In this document: positions 1-7,663 of the stretch, piece by piece | How positions within the stretch are numbered: the first letter of the stretch is position 1 | How the letters are laid out: each line of letters opens with the position of its first letter | Assembly (NCBI GenBank): GCA_035698825.1 | Contig: DASSBK010000194.1 | Coordinates: 1 to 36,912 of the forward strand | Direction of reading: 5' to 3' | Length of the DNA stretch: 36,912 nt | Source of the DNA: Gemmatimonadota bacterium | GTDB taxonomy: Bacteria > Gemmatimonadota > Gemmatimonadetes > JACCXV01 > JAHWKZ01 | Program-made: the position numbers and the translations under genes | The notes under the pieces: model-generated | Told to the model about the DNA's origin: nothing | Database searches by the model: none | What the model saw: the letters and a program-made list of their open reading frames with translations, nothing else

Positions 1-168
1 GCGGTCCACGCGGGCCTGATCACGCTCGCCGGCGGCGGGACGGTGACGATCGAGATGCGGGGCGGCGAGGCGAGCTATCGGGGAGAGGACCGGAACGGGA
101 TCACGAGCTGGAACTACGGGGCGTGGGGGAGCTCGTTCGTGGTCCCGCGGCCCGGAGATCCGCCGGCC
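1..168 (+). repeat. Intragenic direct repeat copy A (LCCL-coding), ~95% identical to 985-1152
   Basis: Hand alignment gives 8 mismatches in 168 nt. The core (nt 25-140 versus 1009-1124) has a single mismatch. Confidence 0.9.
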
Positions 169-3100
169 CGACCTCCGTCGCAGGCGGGAGCGCCCGCAGG
201 AGCGGCCGCAGAAGCCCCGGCGGAGGGTGCGCAGCCCCCCACCGCCGGTGCGGCGGAGACGCCCGCGGCGGGCGGCCCCCCCACTCCGCTCGGCGGCTCC
301 TCCTCCTGGTTGACGTCCCTGCAGGCCTCCTGGATCGGGTTGGATGCCGACCTGGTGACCAACGGTGCGGAGACGCGTCCCGACGGCTCGCCGGACGGAC
401 ACTTCCGGGTCGACGCCGCGTTCTCCTTCTGGCAGGACGTGACGTACATCGCGGTCCAGAGCGCGGACGAGGCCGGATCCCCCGCGGGAGGGCAGATGTG
501 GCACTCCCAGAATTCCAGCTACTGGCTCCTCGCCGTCCTCGTCGACGGGATGAATCTCAATGCGCGCCACGTTCCCCTTCTCGGCGGGTTCACCGGGGAC
601 GTCACGTTCGACCTCTATGCGGGGAACTCGGGCTGGTTCCGTCCCGGGCAGCGGGTCCTGGTCGAGCTGGGCCTCGGGTCCGGTCAGGCCGTGACCCGGC
701 TCGTTCAGATCGGAGGGGAAGCGCCGGCCACTCCTCCCGCGGCGGGCGCTCCGTCACCGCCATCGGCCGAGGCACCGTCACCGCCACCGGCCGGGGCTCC
801 GGCGGCGGCTCCCCCTGCGGTGGCGGGAACGCCGACCGCGGGGCCGGTGGACTGGAACACGCGAGGCGAGAGCCATCGCGGCGAGGTCGGCACGCGCTAC
901 ACGTATACGTGTCCGCCGAACGGGACGGCGGGTCCGGTGTGGGGAACCGACGTGTACACGGACGACTCGTCGGTCTGCACGGCGGCGGTCCATGCCGGGT
1001 TGATCACGCTCGCCGGCGGCGGGACGGTGACGATCGAGATGCGGGGCGGCGAGGCCAGCTATCGGGGAGAGGACCGGAACGGGATCACGAGCTGGAACTA
1101 CGGGGCGTGGGGGAGCTCGTTCGTCTTCCCGCGGCCTGGAGATCCGCCGGCCGCCGCGGCGAACGCTCTGCGCGGGCCGGAGATCTGCGGCGTGTGGCGG
1201 TGGTTCGATCGGTCGGTCGTCGTCTTCGACGCTGAGGGCGGCTTGGCGGCGACCGGCGTGAATGCGCCCAGCCTGATGCTCGTCGACCGGGGGCGCTGGG
1301 AGCTCGCCGATGCCGCTGGCCGGCAATACCGGATCAGCTGGCCGGTGGGACAGGATCTGTTGACCCTCTCGCCCGACCAGAACAGTCTCGGCGGGACCAA
1401 CGTGGGCGGCGCAGTTCAAGTCACGGCCACGCGCACCGGCGCATGTGGCGCCCCGCCTCCCTCCCCTCCGGGCGATTTCGACGCCCACGTCTCCTACGGG
1501 GCGGAATGGATCGGCATGGACGCCGATTTCGTGGGCGTGGGCGGCAGCGGATCGCCGGACGGTGCGGCGGATGGTCACTTCACGTTCACGGTCGACAGCG
1601 ATATCGGTCCCTACGAGATCCGGTCGATCGCGGTCGTGAGCTCCGACGCCGCGGGGAACGCGAGCGGCGGGCAGGTGTGGCATAGCGCCAACTCCAGCTA
1701 CTGGCTCCTGGGCGTGAGCCGCCAGGGTGTCCGTCTGAACGACGGTCCCGTTCCCTCGCTCGGGACGCACCAGGGGTTCAGCAGCTTCGACCTCTACGCC
1801 GCCGATTCGGGGTGGTTCCAGCCAGGGCAGCACTTCGTCGTGGAGGTGGACATGGGCGGCGGCACGCCGATCCGCCAGGTCGTCCGCATCCCCGAATCGT
1901 TCCAGCCGGACGTCCAACCGCAGGCGGAGCCTGCGCCTGCGGAAGCGCCGCCCGCGGAGGAACCCGCGCCGCCGGCGCAGGCCCCCGAGCCGCCAGAGGC
2001 TCCGGCCGCGGAAGAGCCGCCGATGGGAGCCGATGCTGCCGCGCGTCCGCAGCGGGACAGCTACCTGGAAGGGGAAACCATCGTCGTCGACTTCCGCGGA
2101 TTCCCCGGCTACGCCCAGGACTGGATCGAGATCTCGCCGGCGGGGGCTTCGGACGAGAGCTACGGACAGTGGTTCTACCTGGGCGGACAGACCGCGGGGT
2201 CGCTCCAGTTCAGCGGACTGGCGCCCGGGACCTACGAGGTCCGCGGTCGGTTCAACTGGCCGGACGGCGGTTACGTGGTCCGGACGCAGTCCACGTTCAC
2301 CGTCGTCTCGAACCAGCCGCCGGTCGAGCCACCGGTCGAGCCATCGGTCGAGCCACCGGCTGAGCCGTACCGCGTGACCGGGCTGAGCGCGGCGTGGATC
2401 GGCGTGGACGCCGACGTGGTGTCGACTGTCACCGTCTCACCGGACGGTGCGCCGGACGGGCATTTCGCGATCGACATGACGATCGAGGGCTCTCCGCTCG
2501 TCTCCTATGCGACGGTGTACAGCTCGGACGCCAGCGGGAACCCATACGGTGGCCAGATCTGGCATACGCAGAGCACCAGCTACGCGGTGCTCGCCGTGGC
2601 GGGGTGGGGCCATTTCCTGAATACCGGCTACGTCAGCGAGATCGGCCGCTTCCCGGCCGGAGCCACCCGACTCGACCTCTACGTCTTCGACTCCGGCTGG
2701 TTCCGGCCCGGGCAGCACTTCGTCGTCGAGCTCGGCTTCGCGGACGGCCAGAAGGTGTCCCGCGTCGTCGAGATTGCGGGCGCCGCACCGCCGCCCCCCG
2801 CGCCGCAGCAGCCCGCGGCACCACCGGCCAATCAGTACCGCGTAACGGGACTCAGCTTGACGTGGATCGGCATGGACGCCGACGTCGTCTCTGTCGGCAC
2901 CGCGACGGTCCCGGACGGCGCAGCCGACGGTCGCTTCCGTGTGGACGTCACAATCGAAGGCTCGGTCGAGCTGCGCTCCGTGACCCTCTACAGCAGCAAC
3001 GCACAAGGGAACCCGGAAGGTGGACAGGTCTGGACGACGGCGAGCGGGACAAGCTGGTGGGTGCTGGGCGTGGGGGCAGGAGGCAGTCTCCTCCACAACG

Positions 3101-3891
3101 GCCAGGTCGAGGGCATCGGTGTGCTTCAGGCCGGTACGACCTGGCTCGACCTCTTCGCCGGCAACTCCGGCTGGTTCAACCCTGGCCAGTCGTTCCTCGT
3201 CGAGTTGGCCTTCGCCGACGGCCAGAAGGCCGCCCAGGTGGTCCGGATCCCCGACTCGTTCGTCCCGCCGGGAGCCGCTCCGCCCGTGAGCCCGGAGGGA
3301 CAGGCTGCCGGCGGCGCACCCGGGGCCTGCGACGTCTCCGGCTTGTGGCACGGAAACATCCAGGGCTTCGGTGCCAGCGACTGGACGTTCACTGCCACGG
3401 GGAGGGACCTGTACGCGGTCCAGGAAACCGGTCTCGGCAACGCCCAGGGGACCGCCATTGTCTCCGGCTACACGCTCCAGTTCGATTGGCGGACCGGGGA
3501 CTTCACGGGCACGGCCATGCTGGGCCTCGATGCATCGTGCACGAGCGCGAGCGGCCAGGACATCCTCCACACAGGTGCCCCGGGGGCCTATCCCATGACG
3601 CTCCAGCGCGCCGGCGCCGCTCCTCCGGCCGGAGGGGGGGAGGGCCCTGCTCAGGTCTTTTCGGCCCCCATGTGGAACGGCCTGCGGGTGGATATCTGTC
3701 TCGTATGGGGCGGACAGTGCGGCGAGCCGGCGGCGACCGAGTTCTGCAGGCAGTCGGGCTACACGAAGGCGACCGCTTGGGAGCCCGCCTATGACATCGG
3801 CGCTCAAACGCCGACCTTCGTACTGGGAACCGGGCAGACATGCAGCGAGGCGGGCTGCGACGGCTTCACGTCGATCACCTGCACGCGATGA
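1..3891 (+). CDS. Giant secreted modular protein (5'-partial) with two LCCL-like domains, four copies of an unassigned ~125-aa module, Pro/Ala-rich linkers and a Cys-rich C-terminal module
   Basis: Frame +1 is open from nt 1, with no stop before the first ATG at 43, so the gene continues upstream. An LCCL-like signature (VCTAAVHAGLITLAGGGTVTIEMRGGEASYRGEDRNGITSWNYGAWGSSF) occurs at nt ~853-1128, and its C-terminal half occurs again at nt 1-140. A repeated module (WIGxDADxV..PDGxxDGHF..GGQxWH..SGWFxPGQ..VxI) lies at nt 331-711, 1507-1889, 2394-2775 and 2863-3249. The last ~75 aa carry 6 Cys. Stop TGA at 3889-3891. Confidence 0.85.
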   Translation, partial: AVHAGLITLAGGGTVTIEMRGGEASYRGEDRNGITSWNYGAWGSSFVVPRPGDPPARPPSQAGAPAGAAAEAPAEGAQPPTAGAAETPAAGGPPTPLGGSSSWLTSLQASWIGLDADLVTNGAETRPDGSPDGHFRVDAAFSFWQDVTYIAVQSADEAGSPAGGQMWHSQNSSYWLLAVLVDGMNLNARHVPLLGGFTGDVTFDLYAGNSGWFRPGQRVLVELGLGSGQAVTRLVQIGGEAPATPPAAGAPSPPSAEAPSPPPAGAPAAAPPAVAGTPTAGPVDWNTRGESHRGEVGTRYTYTCPPNGTAGPVWGTDVYTDDSSVCTAAVHAGLITLAGGGTVTIEMRGGEASYRGEDRNGITSWNYGAWGSSFVFPRPGDPPAAAANALRGPEICGVWRWFDRSVVVFDAEGGLAATGVNAPSLMLVDRGRWELADAAGRQYRISWPVGQDLLTLSPDQNSLGGTNVGGAVQVTATRTGACGAPPPSPPGDFDAHVSYGAEWIGMDADFVGVGGSGSPDGAADGHFTFTVDSDIGPYEIRSIAVVSSDAAGNASGGQVWHSANSSYWLLGVSRQGVRLNDGPVPSLGTHQGFSSFDLYAADSGWFQPGQHFVVEVDMGGGTPIRQVVRIPESFQPDVQPQAEPAPAEAPPAEEPAPPAQAPEPPEAPAAEEPPMGADAAARPQRDSYLEGETIVVDFRGFPGYAQDWIEISPAGASDESYGQWFYLGGQTAGSLQFSGLAPGTYEVRGRFNWPDGGYVVRTQSTFTVVSNQPPVEPPVEPSVEPPAEPYRVTGLSAAWIGVDADVVSTVTVSPDGAPDGHFAIDMTIEGSPLVSYATVYSSDASGNPYGGQIWHTQSTSYAVLAVAGWGHFLNTGYVSEIGRFPAGATRLDLYVFDSGWFRPGQHFVVELGFADGQKVSRVVEIAGAAPPPPAPQQPAAPPANQYRVTGLSLTWIGMDADVVSVGTATVPDGAADGRFRVDVTIEGSVELRSVTLYSSNAQGNPEGGQVWTTASGTSWWVLGVGAGGSLLHNGQVEGIGVLQAGTTWLDLFAGNSGWFNPGQSFLVELAFADGQKAAQVVRIPDSFVPPGAAPPVSPEGQAAGGAPGACDVSGLWHGNIQGFGASDWTFTATGRDLYAVQETGLGNAQGTAIVSGYTLQFDWRTGDFTGTAMLGLDASCTSASGQDILHTGAPGAYPMTLQRAGAAPPAGGGEGPAQVFSAPMWNGLRVDICLVWGGQCGEPAATEFCRQSGYTKATAWEPAYDIGAQTPTFVLGTGQTCSEAGCDGFTSITCTR
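985..1152 (+). repeat. Intragenic direct repeat copy B (LCCL-coding)
   Basis: Partner of nt 1-168. Same reading frame, 984 nt downstream. Confidence 0.9.
2320..2367 (+). repeat. 12-nt tandem repeat x4 (ccggtcgagcca) encoding a (PVEP)n linker
   Basis: Units at 2320-2331 and 2332-2343 are identical. The unit at 2344-2355 has 1 mismatch and the unit at 2356-2367 has 3 mismatches. The repeat lies in frame inside the giant CDS. Confidence 0.85.
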
Positions 3892-3925
3892 AAGGCCGCC
3901 GTTTCCGCAGAGGCGCGCCCGCAAG

Positions 3926-4720
3926 GTGAATGGCCGAGCGGTCGGAGGGTTCCTCCTCGCGCTCCTGACCTGCGTTTTCGCGCCGCCGACGGCCCGCGCG
4001 CAGACGGCCTCCGTGGCAGACACGGAAGCGGCGACCGAGGTCGGGGAGGAGATGGCCACGCTGCGCAGCATGATCGACCGGGTGGAGAACCAGAGGTGGG
4101 TTCTGATCCCTTCGCGCGGCTCGGTGATGGCGATCTCCCCCGAGCAGGCGGGAGAGCTGTTCACGCTCGCGCTCCTGGAAGGGTCGATGCATCCCGACTC
4201 CATCGAGACGCATGCCCAGCGGCTCCGTGCCGCCACGCGAGAACGCCTGGTTCTCCTCAAGCAGCAGCTGGCGGAGATGGAGGCCGGCCGCTGGCCGGCC
4301 GGGCGGGGACCCAACGGCAGCTGGGTCCTCCACTGCACGGGAGACTACCCGTCGACCATTCGGGGAACGGTCGAGTCCCTCAGGGTCGACAGCGACGGAC
4401 GATTCGGATTTGCCCTCATGATCCAGACGCCTTCGAGTTCCACGCCGTGGGTCTGGGCCGCGCCGGTGGGGAGGATTCGGATGGACTACGGTGCTTCCGG
4501 CGCCGTCCAGGGGGTCCACCTCAACAGCTACGGCAACTGGGTCTGCGCCCATGACTGCGACAGGAGCACGCTGAAATGGAGCGCCCGTGTCGAGCTGATT
4601 CAGCGGTCGTCGCGTTCCAGCAGCGTCGATGGCGTGATCCACGGTCAGGGTACGCTCGAGCTGACCGACGATCCCGGCGGTTCCTGCGTCGGCAGCTGGG
4701 CGGCTCCGGAAAGCCCGTGA
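3926..4720 (+). CDS. Secreted hypothetical protein
   Basis: An in-frame GTG at 3926 gives the N-terminus VNGRAVGGFLLALLTCVFAPPTARAQ, which reads as a signal peptide. The ORF upstream of it overlaps the preceding gene. A coiled-coil-like N-terminal half is followed by a Cys-containing beta-type C-terminal half. Stop TGA at 4718-4720. I recognise no family. Confidence 0.6.
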   Translation: MNGRAVGGFLLALLTCVFAPPTARAQTASVADTEAATEVGEEMATLRSMIDRVENQRWVLIPSRGSVMAISPEQAGELFTLALLEGSMHPDSIETHAQRLRAATRERLVLLKQQLAEMEAGRWPAGRGPNGSWVLHCTGDYPSTIRGTVESLRVDSDGRFGFALMIQTPSSSTPWVWAAPVGRIRMDYGASGAVQGVHLNSYGNWVCAHDCDRSTLKWSARVELIQRSSRSSSVDGVIHGQGTLELTDDPGGSCVGSWAAPESP

Positions 4721-4742
4721 GCGAGGAGTCCGGCGGGATCCG

Positions 4743-7127
4743 TTGAGGAAGGTAACGGCCGCGTGGATCCTCTTCGCTCTCGCCACTGGGGTGGCGGCGA
4801 CCGGGCACGCCCAGCAAAGGCCGCCGCAAGGGACGTGGAATCTCTGCGGCGCGGTGGGCACGATCTTCAACCTCGGCGCTCCGGCCGCGGGCAAGTTCCG
4901 CATCCATCTCGTCGAGCTGCGTCGTCGCGATCCGTCGCTGGCCGTGTTCATGGAGGGCGCGCCCGGCGCGGACGGGCGCGCCTCCGGCACCATGCGCGTC
5001 CTCGAGCCGGGCTGTCAGGGCGCGGGCTGCGCGGCCGGAACCCTCACGTGGGACGCGAAGGTGATCTCCTGGGGTCCCTCCGCCGGGGATCCGCTCGCCG
5101 GCAGCGGCACGCTCACGTTTCAGGGCCCCGCCGGGACGTGCGCCGGCGCGTGGACGGCCGACGGGCCGGGGCTGGCCGATGTCGAGATCCTCCTCCGGCT
5201 CTCTGCCCAGCCGCCCGGATCGATCGACGATCTGCGAGCGTTGAGCGATCCGAGCGGCGTCGTTCAGTCGACCTTCGACCTTCCGTATGGCGAGCCGGAA
5301 GAGTGGTGGGTCTCGATCCGCGGAGCCCGGCGCCGGGGCGACGGCAGGATCGTGGAGCGGGGGCTCGTCCTTCCCGCCGAGGTCGAGCTCAAGCTGGGCG
5401 GTCGCCTCATCGGAACGGCGACGACCGACGGAAACGGCGTCGCCAGTTTCGATTTTCTGCCACCGGAGGACGCGCCTCGAGGACGGAGCAGTCACAGAAT
5501 CGAGGTCTTCGCCCGGCGCGGCGAGGCCACGGGCTCGTTGCTCGGCTCGGCAACGGTCGTGCGGGGGCTTCAGGACATCGTGGTCGCGCTCGAGCCGATC
5601 GAAAGCCCCCAGCCCGTGGGCGCGACGGTCACCGTGAAAGGCCGTGTCCTGTCCATCGCCTCGGGACTCTTCCTGGACCCGGTCGAGGCCGATCTCACGA
5701 TCAATGCGGTCGGGAGGCAGGTCCCGGCCCGGACCGACTCCAACGGGTTTTTCTCCACTCGCTTCGAGCTGTCGAGCGACGCATTCGACGCCCGATTCGC
5801 GGATTCCGAGAACGAGCGCTGGGAAGGGCTCAGCGTCACGGCGACGCCCGCCGATCGTGACAGGTACAGGGAGAGTCAGAGCAACGTGCGATTCGTGCTC
5901 GTTCGGAAGGGCGCGCTGAGCGCGACGATCCTGACGGATCGGGCGATCTACTTTCCCGACGACGACGAGGTCGCCGTCACCGGTCGAGTGACGGCTGGTG
6001 GAAATCCGGTAGAGGCGGCGGTGGATCTGACCTACGACGGGCAGCCGCTGGCGGTCGTGGAGTCGGGTGCCGACGGCCGCTTCTTCCACCGCTTCTCTGC
6101 GGCGTCGAGAAATCCCGGCGAGCGGCCGGGCGCGGAGCACGCGCTGGTCGCCGTCGCCCAACGGGTCGGTTACCTCAGAAGCGGCCGCGCCACCGCCGTT
6201 CTCGTGGCCGGCGACCGGAGCGCGGCCTGCGAAACCGGCCAGGCCCGGATTCTGAAGACCACCGGCCGCAGCCGGTTCTGGCGTCCAGGCGGCTCCGGCG
6301 AGATGCGCTACGCGGACCTGGTCGAGGGGGGAAAGCTCCTGCCCGGCACGATGATCGAGACCACGTCCTCGACGGCGGCGCTCGGCTTCGACGTAGGGGG
6401 AGGCACGGGAGTGACGGTCGTGGTCGGTGCCGGCACGCGCCTCGAGGTCGCGCGCTACTGCCGCGAGGGCTCGGGCCGGGTGCGGATCGGCCTCGTGGTC
6501 GACAAGCCCGGCAACATCGTGATCGACCGCAAGGTCTCTGCCGGCGCGAGTCCCGACTACCGGATCGAGGTCGTCACGCCCACGGTCGCGATCGCGGACC
6601 TCAGGACGCGGTACTTCGTGGATGTGGAGGAAGACGGCGCGACGACCGTGGCGGTCCTCGACGGATCGGTGTCGGTCGCACGGCCGGAGGGCGGCGCCGG
6701 GATCGAGGTCATGGCGGGGGAGCAAATCACGGTCCACGCGGGCGAACCCCCCGAGCGATCGCGCGTGCTCGCGCTCCAGGGCCAGGTCGACCCCCGGCTG
6801 GTCGACGTGATCGACGCCGCGCAGGGAGCGATGGCCGGGGGGTCACCGGCACCTCCCGGCGTAGCCGGCAGGCTCGCTAGATTGCGGGAGATCGAGCGCG
6901 CGGTCCTGATCGACGGCGACTGGGTCCTCGTCCGAACGGGGAGCGGAGCCTTCGTGATCACAGTCGAACAACTAGAGGCGTATGTGACGCTGCAGGTCGA
7001 GGCGGGTGCGATTCGCCCTGAGGAGCGCGTGGAGCTGGTCCAGCGCTTGTTGCATGAGTCCCGCGAGGTGTTCCAGGAGCTCATCCAGCCCGAGATCGAA
7101 GCCCTGGAGGCCAGGGCCGGTCGCTAG
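4743..7127 (+). CDS. Large secreted protein with Ig-like/carboxypeptidase-regulatory-like beta-sandwich repeats and a FecR-like domain
   Basis: A TTG start gives the signal peptide MRKVTAAWILFALATGVAATGHAQQ. Three motifs of the type G-R-V..A-x-V....T-D/S-x-N/D-G-x-F (for example ARTDSNGFFSTRF and ESGADGRFFHRF) are present. The FecR-like stretch at nt ~6240-6750 reads GTMIETTSSTAALGFDVGGGTGVTVVVGAGTRLEV...VLDGSVSVARPEGG..IEVMAGEQITV. Confidence 0.75.
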   Translation: MRKVTAAWILFALATGVAATGHAQQRPPQGTWNLCGAVGTIFNLGAPAAGKFRIHLVELRRRDPSLAVFMEGAPGADGRASGTMRVLEPGCQGAGCAAGTLTWDAKVISWGPSAGDPLAGSGTLTFQGPAGTCAGAWTADGPGLADVEILLRLSAQPPGSIDDLRALSDPSGVVQSTFDLPYGEPEEWWVSIRGARRRGDGRIVERGLVLPAEVELKLGGRLIGTATTDGNGVASFDFLPPEDAPRGRSSHRIEVFARRGEATGSLLGSATVVRGLQDIVVALEPIESPQPVGATVTVKGRVLSIASGLFLDPVEADLTINAVGRQVPARTDSNGFFSTRFELSSDAFDARFADSENERWEGLSVTATPADRDRYRESQSNVRFVLVRKGALSATILTDRAIYFPDDDEVAVTGRVTAGGNPVEAAVDLTYDGQPLAVVESGADGRFFHRFSAASRNPGERPGAEHALVAVAQRVGYLRSGRATAVLVAGDRSAACETGQARILKTTGRSRFWRPGGSGEMRYADLVEGGKLLPGTMIETTSSTAALGFDVGGGTGVTVVVGAGTRLEVARYCREGSGRVRIGLVVDKPGNIVIDRKVSAGASPDYRIEVVTPTVAIADLRTRYFVDVEEDGATTVAVLDGSVSVARPEGGAGIEVMAGEQITVHAGEPPERSRVLALQGQVDPRLVDVIDAAQGAMAGGSPAPPGVAGRLARLREIERAVLIDGDWVLVRTGSGAFVITVEQLEAYVTLQVEAGAIRPEERVELVQRLLHESREVFQELIQPEIEALEARAGR

Positions 7128-7199
7128 CGCGTCAGGCGACGTTGGGAGGACGACGGGTTGGGCAATCCGAAGGACTTTGCAACCAGGGAGGCATGGGCT

Positions 7200-7607
7200 A
7201 TGAGGAACGTTCGCTACCGCTGGCTTCTTGTGATCCTTCTCGCTCCCTTTCTTACGGCCAGCGTATGCGGAGGGGGAAGCGAGAGCATTCTTGATCCGAG
7301 CGCCGACGAATTCGACAAAACGGTCGACCTTTTCAACGACGATGGGCTGGAATCCAGCTGCGTCCATGTCTTCGCTCCCGGGGAAACCTTTCCTTGCTGC
7401 CAGGTGTGCACCAGCTCGCAGGGGATGGCAGGGCAAAGAACCGTGGTCATGCACCTCGTGCGGCAACAGCGGTATGAGTTTCGAGCTGGACGCAATGGCG
7501 AAATCCTGGCCACGAAAAGCTGCAAGGCCTCCGGGGCAGAGAGCGAGCGCTTCCGTGTCGATTGGAACGGCAGCGGACTCAGATGTAGAGACGGATTCGT
7601 GGACTGA
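7200..7607 (+). CDS. Small Cys-rich putative lipoprotein (135 aa)
   Basis: ATG at 7200 is preceded by agggagg at 7183-7189. The N-terminus is MRNVRYRWLLVILLAPFLTASVCGGGS, a signal peptide with Cys followed by a Gly-rich stretch. The protein has 8 Cys. G+C and GC3 are noticeably lower than in neighbouring genes. Confidence 0.6.
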   Translation: MRNVRYRWLLVILLAPFLTASVCGGGSESILDPSADEFDKTVDLFNDDGLESSCVHVFAPGETFPCCQVCTSSQGMAGQRTVVMHLVRQQRYEFRAGRNGEILATKSCKASGAESERFRVDWNGSGLRCRDGFVD

Positions 7608-7663
7608 CGCGGCGAGCCCTCACTGCTCGGAGCGCAGGCCTCGAAGAGGCCAGGCCGCAGAGG

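Noticed and set aside
1-1152. The 168-nt repeat pair as template/variable repeats of a diversity-generating retroelement
   Set aside because: The mismatches are not adenine-specific (c/t, g/c, g/t changes). Both copies are in-frame domains of the same protein, and no reverse transcriptase gene is in the window.
2437-6737. Minus-strand ORFs 2437-4338, 3875-4993 and 4521-6737 opposite the secreted-protein genes
   Set aside because: They cross the boundaries of the +strand genes, lack signal peptides or motifs, and have the Arg-rich composition of off-frame high-GC translation.
7637-7651. Hairpin ggcctc-gaa-gaggcc between convergent genes as an intrinsic terminator
   Set aside because: It has only a 6-bp stem with a 3-nt loop and no U-tract on either strand. 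Similar short GC palindromes occur between other convergent pairs (15638-15647, 27004-27031, 34444-34453) and by chance in GC-rich DNA.
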